Origin: Candidatus Poribacteria bacterium
Lineage (GTDB): Bacteria > Poribacteria > WGA-4E > JAJDTR01
DNA length: 64,000 bases
Assembly: GCA_965222225.1 (NCBI GenBank)
Contig: CBDCTK010000002.1
Coordinates: 800,001 to 864,000, forward strand
Direction of reading: 5' to 3'
In this document: in pieces, positions 10,264 to 19,965 of the stretch
Numbering within the stretch: the first letter of the stretch is position 1
Layout of the letters: every line of letters starts with the position of its first letter
Made by a program: the position numbers and the translations under genes
The notes under the pieces: generated by a model
Told to the model about the DNA's origin: nothing
Databases searched by the model: none
Seen by the model: only the letters and a program-made list of their open reading frames with translations

Positions 10264-11160
10264 ATGAGAATACGGAGAAAGGCAGTTGGAAAACCAGCGA
10301 GTCGACATTCCGGGCAAATACACAGCATGACGGAGCGTGGGTTCACGCTAATAGAACTGTTAATCGGTGTGACCGTCCTTGTCATTGTGGGCGGAGTTAC
10401 CTACAAGGTGTTTGATGCATCGGTAGATGTTTACCACAATTCCGAAACTCGGAAGACTATGGCACAAAAGTGCCGGGTCGCGTTGGATTTCTTGAGTAAG
10501 GATTTGAGAAATATTTATGCGGTGCAACAGGATGATTCGCTCGTTCTCATTTCACAGGATAATCCGAACGAAGCGGGGGACAGGGACATTATTAGCTTTG
10601 TCACACTACAGTATACCGACCCGGATCCTTTCCTCACACAACTAAATCAGGGATTAGAAACTGTACGGGCGGAGGAGTCGCTGCCGATAAGTGACGTACA
10701 GCGCGTCGCTTATTATGTTGGCCCCGATTTGTCACAATCAGGGGCCGAATCCGCAAGCCAGCGAGCCGATTTGACAGTGGCAGATGAGGGTGAGAATCTT
10801 GTTCTCTCGCGGATTGCAACGACCTCAATTGATCCGGAGACGGTAATCGCTTCTCTGTTCGATACGGGGACAATTCCAACAGAAGACGAGGATGGAAATC
10901 CAATTCATGTAGAGATTGCCCAAATAATCGATCGTGTGGCATCGTTCGATCTCAAATACTCGGATGGTGAAGATTGGTACGAGTCGTGGGAAGAAACCAA
11001 TGCCATTCCAAAGGCGGTTCAGATTCTAATCGCGGTGCTGACGGAGGATAATAGTCGAATACGTCAGAATTCGGGGCAGAACACGATGACTCAGTCGACA
11101 ATGATTTATCTACCTATGAGCGCCAATTTCGGAGGGCAAGATACCGGCGGACAGCCCTGA
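10264..11160 (+). CDS. gspJ: Minor pseudopilin GspJ-like (start could be 10264 or 10327)
   Basis: G|FTLIE motif, LSKDLRN, YSDGEDWYESW…PKAVQI typical of GspJ C-terminus. Confidence 0.85.
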   Translation: MRIRRKAVGKPASRHSGQIHSMTERGFTLIELLIGVTVLVIVGGVTYKVFDASVDVYHNSETRKTMAQKCRVALDFLSKDLRNIYAVQQDDSLVLISQDNPNEAGDRDIISFVTLQYTDPDPFLTQLNQGLETVRAEESLPISDVQRVAYYVGPDLSQSGAESASQRADLTVADEGENLVLSRIATTSIDPETVIASLFDTGTIPTEDEDGNPIHVEIAQIIDRVASFDLKYSDGEDWYESWEETNAIPKAVQILIAVLTEDNSRIRQNSGQNTMTQSTMIYLPMSANFGGQDTGGQP

Positions 11161-11208
11161 GGAATATCAAGCGGTTGAAGGAATACCGAGGAAGACAGGT
11201 TACGTGCC

Positions 11209-12666
11209 ATGCTTTGCCTTTTCCGTCCCACCCCAAGTATATTAAGGAAGATGCGCCGCTCATCAAATGAACGCGGTCTTTCTCTCGTCGGTACGCTCTG
11301 GATTATAACGATTCTTTCCGTGTTGGCGACACAGTTGCTCCACTCCATTTACCTTGAACGTCGTGTTCAGGCTAATTTTGCGGATCGAACGAAATATCAC
11401 TTTGCCGCGAAGGCGGGATTTGAGCATACGCTTGCAATGCTTCGTGGAGATAGCACGCCGTTTGATTCGCTCGGAGAAGTCTGGGCAGCTACCGTAGAAG
11501 ATCGCATTGAAGATGGTATAATTGACGGGACTATGCTCACCTATCAGGTAGACATTAGCGACGAAAGTTCAAAGGTAAATATCAATACTGCCGAGGTAGA
11601 CACAATTCAGAGACTCTTGGATCTACTAGGTTATGAGAATGTTCAATCTCCCAATCAATCGCTTGCCGATTCAATTGTTGCGAGCCGCCCTTTTCGAACC
11701 GTGCGCGACCTTGCCAAAGTCCCGGGTGTGACTACGACGATACTCTACGGCAGACAACAGCCAACTGTTGGAGGTTTAACTATTGAAGATACTGAAACAC
11801 AGAATATGTCGGGATTGATTAAGTTTACAACAGTCTATTCAGTTGATACGAACACGGATTCGAGCGGTGAAAGACGGCTAAATATCCGGAGTACTGAATC
11901 GCAGCAACTGGTCCAACTTCGGGGCACTAATAATCAACCTGTCTTCAGTCAAGGTGAGGCAGATTCTCTCATCCAACAACGTGATTCGATTGAGAATATC
12001 GGCGATGTTCTCAATCTTAAAGCTATCTCGGAACAAGCCTTCAATAGTATTCGAGATAGGATTCGCACTGATGGCGGTGGAGGTAACGAGGGATTGGTGA
12101 ACATAAACACTGCCGATGCGAATCAATTGCAAACGCTTGATGGCATTGATGAAGGTATTGCCATTCGGATTATCGATCATCGCAACACCCAAGGAAACTT
12201 CCAAAATGTTGATGCAATCAGGGATGTGAATCTAGTCACGACAGATGAATTCAAGAGTATCGTTGATAAGATCTCCACAACTGACGACGAGATATTAAAC
12301 GGTCTAGTCAACATCAACACCGCCTCGTTAGAGGTTCTGCAACTCCTTCCGGAAATGGATGAGTCCAAAGCACAGGCGGTAATCACCCGTAGAGAGTCTG
12401 AGCCAGAAAGTAGTCAACAGACACAAGCGCAATCACAAGATGAAATTGAGGGCAATCCATTTACCGATATTGGTCAACTCCTTGATGTGGAAGGAATTGA
12501 CCCGGATACATTTCAGCAGATAGCAGGGCTCGTTGCGTATCGGTCGCATGGGTTTCTAGTCGAAGCAGCCGGGATTGACGCACGAGGGCGAAAAATCGCG
12601 TCATGTACTGGAGTAGTTGATCGGACGGGACAGACGGTAACGGTTAAGTATTGGCGACAGAATTAG
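11209..12666 (+). CDS. gspK: Minor pseudopilin GspK-like with four HhH/ComEA-like repeats (likely start 11251)
   Basis: ERG|LSLVGTLW prepilin-like site, DSLGEVWA, ISDESSKVNINTA; repeated xNINTA…F units. Confidence 0.85.
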   Translation: MLCLFRPTPSILRKMRRSSNERGLSLVGTLWIITILSVLATQLLHSIYLERRVQANFADRTKYHFAAKAGFEHTLAMLRGDSTPFDSLGEVWAATVEDRIEDGIIDGTMLTYQVDISDESSKVNINTAEVDTIQRLLDLLGYENVQSPNQSLADSIVASRPFRTVRDLAKVPGVTTTILYGRQQPTVGGLTIEDTETQNMSGLIKFTTVYSVDTNTDSSGERRLNIRSTESQQLVQLRGTNNQPVFSQGEADSLIQQRDSIENIGDVLNLKAISEQAFNSIRDRIRTDGGGGNEGLVNINTADANQLQTLDGIDEGIAIRIIDHRNTQGNFQNVDAIRDVNLVTTDEFKSIVDKISTTDDEILNGLVNINTASLEVLQLLPEMDESKAQAVITRRESEPESSQQTQAQSQDEIEGNPFTDIGQLLDVEGIDPDTFQQIAGLVAYRSHGFLVEAAGIDARGRKIASCTGVVDRTGQTVTVKYWRQN

Positions 12667-12689
12667 CGCTGAGTACAAAGTAGGTCAAG

Positions 12690-14414
12690 ATGGCGAAAAA
12701 TCTAGTTATAGCTGTTGATATAGGTACAAACACAGTCAAGCTGGTACAGTTTGCACTAAACTCGTCGGAGATACGGCTTGTCAGAACAAGCGTTGCCAGT
12801 TATCCCCGTGAGAGTGCGACCGGAGACATAAACGCGGAAACAGTATCGCGCACCTTCGAAGAACTGTGGCATGAGGTCAAAGGAGGGAAGCACACGGTCA
12901 TATTGTCAATTCCCAGACTGCTGGTGACAACTCGCCGATTAACAGACTTTCCAGCGTCGGCAAGCGATGAGCAGTTGTCCAGTCTAGTATCCATGCAGGC
13001 TGAAACCGAAATTCCCTTTAGTGCGGAAAATGCCATTTTCGACTACCATGATGTTCACCGTGGGGAAAATGGAGTTTCCGTGGAGCTAATTGCCGCAAAG
13101 CGCAAAAGCGTGCAGAAATACATTGATTATCTACAATCGATTGACGTTGTACCGATGGAAATCATTCCGTCAACGATGGCAACCGCAGCGTTAGCACGGC
13201 GTCTCCTTGGTGAGAATGCGCCAGATCAGACTACAATGATTGTCGATATTGGCGCGGGCAACACAGATATCTGTTTGTTTCAAGGGCAGAAACTTGGATT
13301 TTCCCGAAGTTTTCCGATCGGCGGCAACAACCTAACGCTTCGCTATCAGGATGAAGTTGGCGGTGATTTTGAGTTTGCCGAGCGCATAAAGCTGGGACGT
13401 TCCGGGCTTGACCAAGAATCGACTGATAGGATTCCCACCGACCAATGGGCAGAACAGTTGGCAACACAGATTGAGCAGTCAATCGGGGCGGCACGACGAG
13501 AGTCGGAGTCTGCCTCGTCGGCTAAGGTAGATGAAATCTGGATTTCTGGCGGCGGGGCGCAAGTCTCCGGATTGCCAAATTACTTCACAAACCGGCTTGG
13601 AATTACTACGAGGCCCTGGAATCCGCTAGATGCTTTCAGCGAACAGGGTGGGAAGATTGACACGGCGCCTGTGGGCAATATTGGCGTTACCCTTGCTGTT
13701 GCACTAGGACTGGGCATGAATGCGGCTACCCATGACATAACCTTAGATTTGTTGCCCGGAGAAGAAAAAGCCAAATTGACACAGAGTGAACAGAGGCGGC
13801 GATTGATATACAGCTTTGCCGCAGGAGTAGTTCTATTTGCGGGCATTGGGCTTGGCGGGCTAACATTTAGCAGAACCCAGCAGATGGAAACCGCAGTTTT
13901 GGACGAACAGCTACGGCATATCTCACAATCGGAATTGCGAGCGAAACAGGCGCTCGCCAAGAACTTGGCGACTGCCGACCTTTTGACGCCTCGCGTGTCA
14001 GTGCTGGATATACTCCGCGTATTGAGCCTACGATTTTCTGATCGGACTAGGGTTGCATGGACCAATTTCCATATTATTCGTTTGGATGAACTCGACTCGG
14101 CGAAAATTACGTTCAACATTGAAGCTAAATCTCACGGCGATGTAAGTGAAATGATTCGTGTAATGGGGCAGTCGGGACTGTTCGCCAATATAAAATCGGG
14201 AGACGTCACAAGCGTTAGGCGTGAAAGAGAGGTGTTTTTTCAAACTCAAGTCGTGTGTAATCTGTCCCCGGATGCTCCACGATTGCTTGCACAAACTCGA
14301 TTCCCCGGCACAGTGGCCGGAATCCAGGACCGAGGAGAAGAAGAGATAGTACAATCGGACAAAAAATCGACCACAGAACGTCCACAGTCACCAAGCACGA
14401 ATACTAGGTTGTAG
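12690..14414 (+). CDS. pilM: PilM-PilN fusion (GspL equivalent): actin-like cytoplasmic domain + TM + periplasmic domain
   Basis: IAVDIGTNTVKLV, IVDIGAGNT, IGGNNLT, ISGGGAQ, ALGLG, then LDLLP (PilN INLLP-like) and a TM helix. Confidence 0.85.
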   Translation: MAKNLVIAVDIGTNTVKLVQFALNSSEIRLVRTSVASYPRESATGDINAETVSRTFEELWHEVKGGKHTVILSIPRLLVTTRRLTDFPASASDEQLSSLVSMQAETEIPFSAENAIFDYHDVHRGENGVSVELIAAKRKSVQKYIDYLQSIDVVPMEIIPSTMATAALARRLLGENAPDQTTMIVDIGAGNTDICLFQGQKLGFSRSFPIGGNNLTLRYQDEVGGDFEFAERIKLGRSGLDQESTDRIPTDQWAEQLATQIEQSIGAARRESESASSAKVDEIWISGGGAQVSGLPNYFTNRLGITTRPWNPLDAFSEQGGKIDTAPVGNIGVTLAVALGLGMNAATHDITLDLLPGEEKAKLTQSEQRRRLIYSFAAGVVLFAGIGLGGLTFSRTQQMETAVLDEQLRHISQSELRAKQALAKNLATADLLTPRVSVLDILRVLSLRFSDRTRVAWTNFHIIRLDELDSAKITFNIEAKSHGDVSEMIRVMGQSGLFANIKSGDVTSVRREREVFFQTQVVCNLSPDAPRLLAQTRFPGTVAGIQDRGEEEIVQSDKKSTTERPQSPSTNTRL

Positions 14415-14531
14415 GTAGAATCTCAAGATGAATCCTTTGTGAGTGGTAGTAGATGAGATAACGGTGTTTGAATGTTTTGGTATTGAACGTCACACGCGGG
14501 TTTATTGAGACACTAACGGAAATTGGGTACG

Positions 14532-16037
14532 ATGAGGAAATTAACAAAACGTGAAAAAACGCTGTTAGGTATTGTTGGACTGATTAGCCTCGTAGTCCTT
14601 CTTCTGAGAGTTCTGCCTACAGTTCTGCAAGGGTTGACAGGGACTATGATAGCCGAAAAGCGCGAACGACTTCAATCGGCAAAGAATTTGGTCTTATTGG
14701 ACAAACAGGCGAACCGAATTGACGAGAGTCTACGTGAACTGGTGGGCTTACAGGGGCGGCTGATTTCGGACTCTTTATTTGACGAAATCTCGCAATTGTA
14801 TAATTTACAGACCCTCAACCAAACGCGTCAAATATCGGATTTGGTAGCGTTACATCCTGCTTTGGAGGGCAAAGCGGCGACTCTTTTCGCGTATAAGGAC
14901 CAGCGCGGCGGTTTTACCAAACTGGAAGAATTGAAAACGATTCATGGGTCAATCTTTGAAGGGGAGCAGCCGCGGGTAGTGATTTCGCAATGGATTTCGC
15001 AACTAGCAAGAAAATCTGGTCTCAAACCGGATTACCAACTCAACATCAAACCTTCTCCAGGCAAGAAGACTGAAAAAATCTCTCGTCAGGCAAAACGGAA
15101 TTTCGTTTTGTACAGCTACATGAACGGGCTGGAAGATGAACTTAAGCGCCTCAAAGAACAGGCAGAACAAAAGGCAGAACTGTCACAAGGGAAGCTAGAT
15201 GAAGAGAGTGAGCTGGAGCGTGCGATGTTCGAAGGATGGTGGGGAGATTCTGACTTCGCCAAGGCTAACAACAGCGACATTAAGGATGGCGTATCGCAAG
15301 AAGCCAAACCAGCGAAGGACGAAGCGGCAGTCTACGCCGATCTTAATAGCAATTCCTCATCGGATAGAATTCCGGCTAGAAACCGAGATTTGTCAAAAGC
15401 TAAAGTTCGGTTAAGAAATGAAAATCTAAGTTTCGCACAGTTACCGGCGATTATTCCAATAGAATTGCGGGTCCCATTGATCGAATTTATTCTCTCATTT
15501 ATTACGTTGGAACTAAATGGGGCGACAGAGTTCAAGCGAGGTATCTTTTCAGACCAGATTTCCCGCGTCGATGAAGGCACGTCGCGTAAGTTTCTGGAGT
15601 TTGGACAGACGGGATCCAGTGTCCAAGTTAGGCTTAGAGAGGATAGCGTTCTGCTCGCGAAATTTGAAGATTTGATTGGTCGTTACGAAGCAACTCAGAT
15701 CAATGATTCGGGGGAATCAACTGATGGTATTCTTGACTACGAAGAACAAATAATGGTTTTAACCGAATATGTCGATTATACCGAACTGCAGATTAAACAG
15801 CTCGAAAACTGGCTTGCCGGCGTTTCGTTGACATACCAGCCAGAATTTTACGGTGTTGAGGTGAAGTTCAAAAGTGGAGTAGGCACCATGGTAAAGCTAA
15901 TAGAATCAATTGATGTTTCTACGAAATGGCTGCATGTCAGAAACCTTAAGATTATCAAAGACAAATCGGAGAAAAAAGAGGAGGAAGAAGGAACTAGGGT
16001 CAGTGTGGAGTTATCAATGATGGCACGAATCCTATGA
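14532..16037 (+). CDS. Enlarged GspM/PilO-like protein with internal HhH-like segment
   Basis: KLTKREKTLL + TM N-terminus typical of GspM; C-terminal VEVKF…VKLIESI…LHVRNLKI PilO/GspM-type fold; ~500 aa. Confidence 0.65.
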   Translation: MRKLTKREKTLLGIVGLISLVVLLLRVLPTVLQGLTGTMIAEKRERLQSAKNLVLLDKQANRIDESLRELVGLQGRLISDSLFDEISQLYNLQTLNQTRQISDLVALHPALEGKAATLFAYKDQRGGFTKLEELKTIHGSIFEGEQPRVVISQWISQLARKSGLKPDYQLNIKPSPGKKTEKISRQAKRNFVLYSYMNGLEDELKRLKEQAEQKAELSQGKLDEESELERAMFEGWWGDSDFAKANNSDIKDGVSQEAKPAKDEAAVYADLNSNSSSDRIPARNRDLSKAKVRLRNENLSFAQLPAIIPIELRVPLIEFILSFITLELNGATEFKRGIFSDQISRVDEGTSRKFLEFGQTGSSVQVRLREDSVLLAKFEDLIGRYEATQINDSGESTDGILDYEEQIMVLTEYVDYTELQIKQLENWLAGVSLTYQPEFYGVEVKFKSGVGTMVKLIESIDVSTKWLHVRNLKIIKDKSEKKEEEEGTRVSVELSMMARIL

Positions 16038-16143
16038 CAAAAACGCGAGTAGATTGGGGGCAACCCTGTTCTCATTGTGGGAATTAAGTTGCTTAAATCC
16101 GATGAGTACCCCATTGTTTTGGATAGAGGTGTGATTACCAATA

Positions 16144-19116
16144 ATGAATTCATATTGTTATAAAATTGGCAGGCGGCAACCTAGCTATTTTGCTCTCTTA
16201 CTTCTTATTGTGCTGGCTGCCAATTTGGCGATTATCGGAAGGGTCACGTTTGCGCAGGATGATGAAAAAGCTATGAGCGTATCGGAGCGCGACGAAACCG
16301 GAAGAGCAATTCGGTTTGATTTCAACTTCATTAGCAAGGATCTCAGAGACCTAATTAGATTTTTGAGTCAGGAAACCAATCTGACATTTGTTGCTTCCGA
16401 AAATGAAATCAAGGACAAAAAGTTTGCTTTGACGAACCTCAAAAATGTCACTATGGTTGAGATGATGGAGGAGGTCAAAACCGTCTTGTCGACCTATAAT
16501 CTGACAACAATTCGCGACGGAAACACCGTGCTTATCACAACCTTCGAAAAAGCGGTGCAGATGAAGGTGCCGGTCAAACGAATCACCGCGGATGCGAGCC
16601 AAGTCGAGATGATTGACGAGATTCAGACCTACATCATTCAGTTGGAAAATGCCGTCGCGTCTGAACTCGTGGGAGGTCTCAAACCACTGTTGAACAAAGC
16701 GGCGAATATATTCGCCGATGCAAACAGCAATTCTTTGGTAATTACGGATGTTGCTTCAAACGTACGCCGAATTGCATCAATCTTAGAAGTTGCCGATGAA
16801 GCACCGGAAATGCCGCTCAAGGTGGAAATTGTCCCACTGGAAAACGCTACCGCATCCTCGCTAGCTGCAACCTTGAATCAAGTATTCCAAGATGAGACGC
16901 AGATTGCAAATGTACTCAGGACTATGGGAGCCGCCAAGAATCCTGAAGAGATGCACAGAATGATCGAGAAAGCGAAAGACGATGGAGCCGGCATCGACAT
17001 GATTAGGGGGCGAATCTACATTGCTGCTGACGAAAGCTCGAACTCATTGGTCATCAAAGCGTCCGATGCTAATCTGGTTGCGCTGAAAGACGTAATACGT
17101 CAGCTTGACACTGCACCAAACATTCAGACGGAAATCAAGATATTCCGACTGAACTTGGCAATTGCCGCGGATGTCGCACGAACGCTCGAGGAAGTCATCA
17201 CGGGGCAAAGCGCCGGCAGACGGCCTGGTAGCAGGGCGCAATGGTGGGAACGTCGGGAATGGGATCGTCGCCGGCGAGATGTGCAGCAGGATCGTCGAGG
17301 ACAGGAGTATCAGGGCATTATCGGAAGCGTAAATGTCTCATTCAATGACCGACTGAATGCTGTAGTTGTCTCTACTGATCAGCGGAATCTTCCCTTGATA
17401 GAGAAACTCATAAAGGAGCTCGATCAAGCCGATCCACAAGAGGAAGTCCGAATCTTCTTCCTCAAATTCGCGGATGCTCAGACACTCTCCGATAATTTAG
17501 TAGATCTTTTTGAAGGCGGCACTGCAGGCAGGGACAGGAATAGACCATGGTGGGAAGATCGGGAACAACGCCAATCACAGGATAGTAACTTCGGAGTTCA
17601 GGGAACAGTGCATTTGGTACCGGATTCCAGACTAAACGCACTATTGGTTTCGACGGCTTCGCAGAATTTTCCGACCATTGAAAATCTCGTGGAGCGGCTT
17701 GATGTAAGCATGCCGGATCAGGAATGGGGTACAAAGGTATATCCGTTGAAATACGCGGATGCCGAGAATGTGTCCAACATAATCAACAATGTCTATCAGG
17801 GCGGAAATAACAATAGCAGTTTCTTTTCTTTCCTCCCCCAGCGAAACCAGAACGAAGGATCGCTCGCTGGAAATGTGACTGCGGAGCCGTACATCACTCT
17901 AAACGCGGTAGTTGTAACGACTGCTACACAACGCAACTTTGAACTGATTTCTGAGTTTATTCGCGAACTTGATGTGCCGACTCCTGAAGAACAGAGAGAG
18001 ATTACGCGATTGATTCGGTTGGAGTATGCCAGTGCACAGGAGACCGAAGACCTGCTGGAGAGCATCTGGAGTGAAGGCGGAGATGGCGGATCGGACTTCA
18101 GTTTTAGACGTTTCGTTGCATCGGGCGGGCGCCTTGAACAGAAGGATATCAATTCCCTTCGCGGTCAGGTGGAGATAGCGGCGGACATTCAGACCAATTC
18201 GCTTCTTGTAAGAACTGCCCAGCGGTATATGCCGCAGGTTCAAGCTATGATTGAGCAACTCGACTTTGTGCGGGGACAGGTTTGGATTGACATTCAGATT
18301 CTTGAAGTAACACTGGATGAAAGCACAAAACTCGGAATTGAGCTAACGGCACAGGAGAACAGACTCTTTGGTGAGCAACTCCGAAGTGGAAATCCACTGG
18401 TTGGGAGTGTAGACACGCAGTTAGGGTTGGATCAGGAGATTAGCGGGTTCACCTATAGCATTGCAACGAAGGAGTACATGGGATTGCTTCACATTCTCCT
18501 GCGCGAGAACAAAGTGAAGACATTGTCAACTCCTTCGCTGCTGACTCGAGATAACCAGCAAGCCACGTGGAGTCGTGGACGTACGATTCCATACTTGCAG
18601 AGCGTGGATACGACCAGTCTCCTCGGGGAGGGAGTGAATCAACCTTTATTCAATTACGACTTCATCAGTCCGCCTGTTGGCATAAACATTACGATTACGC
18701 CACACATTGCCAGATCACGAGAGGGATCCGACGGTAAACGTACCATCGGTCTTGATATTGAGCAGATCCAGGCAAGCAATTTCATTGAGTTCACTGATTT
18801 TAACGCGCCAATAACGGAAGATAGTTCAATCAGCGCTTACATTGATGTCGAAGATGGACAGCAGATTGTAGTGGGCGGGATGATCAAGACCAAACAGCAG
18901 GAAGTCGAGAGTAAGGTGCCGATTCTCGGAGACATTCCGTTCGTCGGGCGTCTGTTCAAGCGAACAGAAAAGGTTTCAGAAAACTCCGAAATTGTCATTA
19001 TTATCACACCTCATATCGTCGATATTAAGAACCCCGAGGATTTGGATAAGCTACGGAAGGAAACTGACAAGTGGCGTTCGAATAATGACCAAGGAGAATC
19101 GACACAGGAACAGTAA
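16144..19116 (+). CDS. gspD: Secretin GspD, elongated (990 aa)
   Basis: Signal peptide, six repeated N-domain units, QVWIDIQILEV, TPSLLTRDNQ, KVPILGDIPFVGRLF, IIITPHI. Confidence 0.95.
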   Translation: MNSYCYKIGRRQPSYFALLLLIVLAANLAIIGRVTFAQDDEKAMSVSERDETGRAIRFDFNFISKDLRDLIRFLSQETNLTFVASENEIKDKKFALTNLKNVTMVEMMEEVKTVLSTYNLTTIRDGNTVLITTFEKAVQMKVPVKRITADASQVEMIDEIQTYIIQLENAVASELVGGLKPLLNKAANIFADANSNSLVITDVASNVRRIASILEVADEAPEMPLKVEIVPLENATASSLAATLNQVFQDETQIANVLRTMGAAKNPEEMHRMIEKAKDDGAGIDMIRGRIYIAADESSNSLVIKASDANLVALKDVIRQLDTAPNIQTEIKIFRLNLAIAADVARTLEEVITGQSAGRRPGSRAQWWERREWDRRRRDVQQDRRGQEYQGIIGSVNVSFNDRLNAVVVSTDQRNLPLIEKLIKELDQADPQEEVRIFFLKFADAQTLSDNLVDLFEGGTAGRDRNRPWWEDREQRQSQDSNFGVQGTVHLVPDSRLNALLVSTASQNFPTIENLVERLDVSMPDQEWGTKVYPLKYADAENVSNIINNVYQGGNNNSSFFSFLPQRNQNEGSLAGNVTAEPYITLNAVVVTTATQRNFELISEFIRELDVPTPEEQREITRLIRLEYASAQETEDLLESIWSEGGDGGSDFSFRRFVASGGRLEQKDINSLRGQVEIAADIQTNSLLVRTAQRYMPQVQAMIEQLDFVRGQVWIDIQILEVTLDESTKLGIELTAQENRLFGEQLRSGNPLVGSVDTQLGLDQEISGFTYSIATKEYMGLLHILLRENKVKTLSTPSLLTRDNQQATWSRGRTIPYLQSVDTTSLLGEGVNQPLFNYDFISPPVGINITITPHIARSREGSDGKRTIGLDIEQIQASNFIEFTDFNAPITEDSSISAYIDVEDGQQIVVGGMIKTKQQEVESKVPILGDIPFVGRLFKRTEKVSENSEIVIIITPHIVDIKNPEDLDKLRKETDKWRSNNDQGESTQEQ

Positions 19117-19226
19117 GTATGATCCAATATATAAGACCAATGTCGCAAAATTCTCCGAAGGAATATCTAGAACGTCGGATATCTTCTGTTGAATACGCTT
19201 AACTTTGCTGCTGGAAGTGCCGGCTC

Positions 19227-19691
19227 TTACACTTTTCCTGTTAATCTTGTACCGATCCACGCCATAGGAATGTAGGCGCCCAATAAGTCCACGACGACAA
19301 ACCAAGCGGGAGGCGGCAGCATGAATACATTGATAATGCCAAATATAAGGAAGAGGACGCCAATCACCAACCCCAACATCAGCTTGTAACTGGCAGCTAT
19401 TATTGCGGCGACATAAGCGCCTACCAATGTTCCCACAGCATGTGCCAAGAACGGGACGACGAAATGTCTAAATTCAAAGAGATGCAGGTGGGATTTGATG
19501 GATTCGACATCGGTCACATCAACACCTGCAGGGGGCGGGATAATTTGGGCACCCGCCATGACCAATCCCATATTTACAGCACTACCTGCGATGAGACCTA
19601 CGATGATGGCAAGTACGTTTCTGATTTTTGAATTCACAACTTTCCTCACTGGTTTTGTGGCACAGGAATTGCCTCCTAGTGTCACTTCCAA
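19227..19691 (-). CDS. Small 4-TM membrane protein (likely start GTG 19637)
   Basis: Four hydrophobic segments; PFLAHAVGTLVGA, PAWFVVVDLLGAYIPMAW; upstream sigma70-like promoter. Confidence 0.75.
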   Translation of the reverse strand: MEVTLGGNSCATKPVRKVVNSKIRNVLAIIVGLIAGSAVNMGLVMAGAQIIPPPAGVDVTDVESIKSHLHLFEFRHFVVPFLAHAVGTLVGAYVAAIIAASYKLMLGLVIGVLFLIFGIINVFMLPPPAWFVVVDLLGAYIPMAWIGTRLTGKV

Positions 19692-19839
19692 GAGCCTTAG
19701 GCAGGTTCATTATCTTAATCGCGTTCTGAGCAGTTCGCTGATTTTCTTGTACTCGCGCTCTGACATGCGCGTCCGATGCTTATAAGTAGTTCTTTTCTTA
19801 GGCCGACTTCTCAAAACCCTTTTGAGATATGCGAAAGCC

Positions 19840-19868
19840 ATTTTACCCAGTTTTCGCCGTGCAGTCAA
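19840..19868 (-). promoter_or_regulatory. Sigma70-type promoter (TTGACT-17 bp-TAAAAT)
   Basis: Minus strand reads ttgact gcacggcgaaaactggg taaaat; an 8-bp inverted repeat TCTCAAAA-ccc-TTTTGAGA lies just downstream at 19809-19827. Confidence 0.55.
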
Positions 19869-19965
19869 CAACAACTCTTTTTCTTCTTTGTCGAATTACA
19901 GTCGATGATATGGCGATTGGTGAGGGTTTTCTATCGCCCTCCCTTTTCGGTCGGTTGATCGCTCA

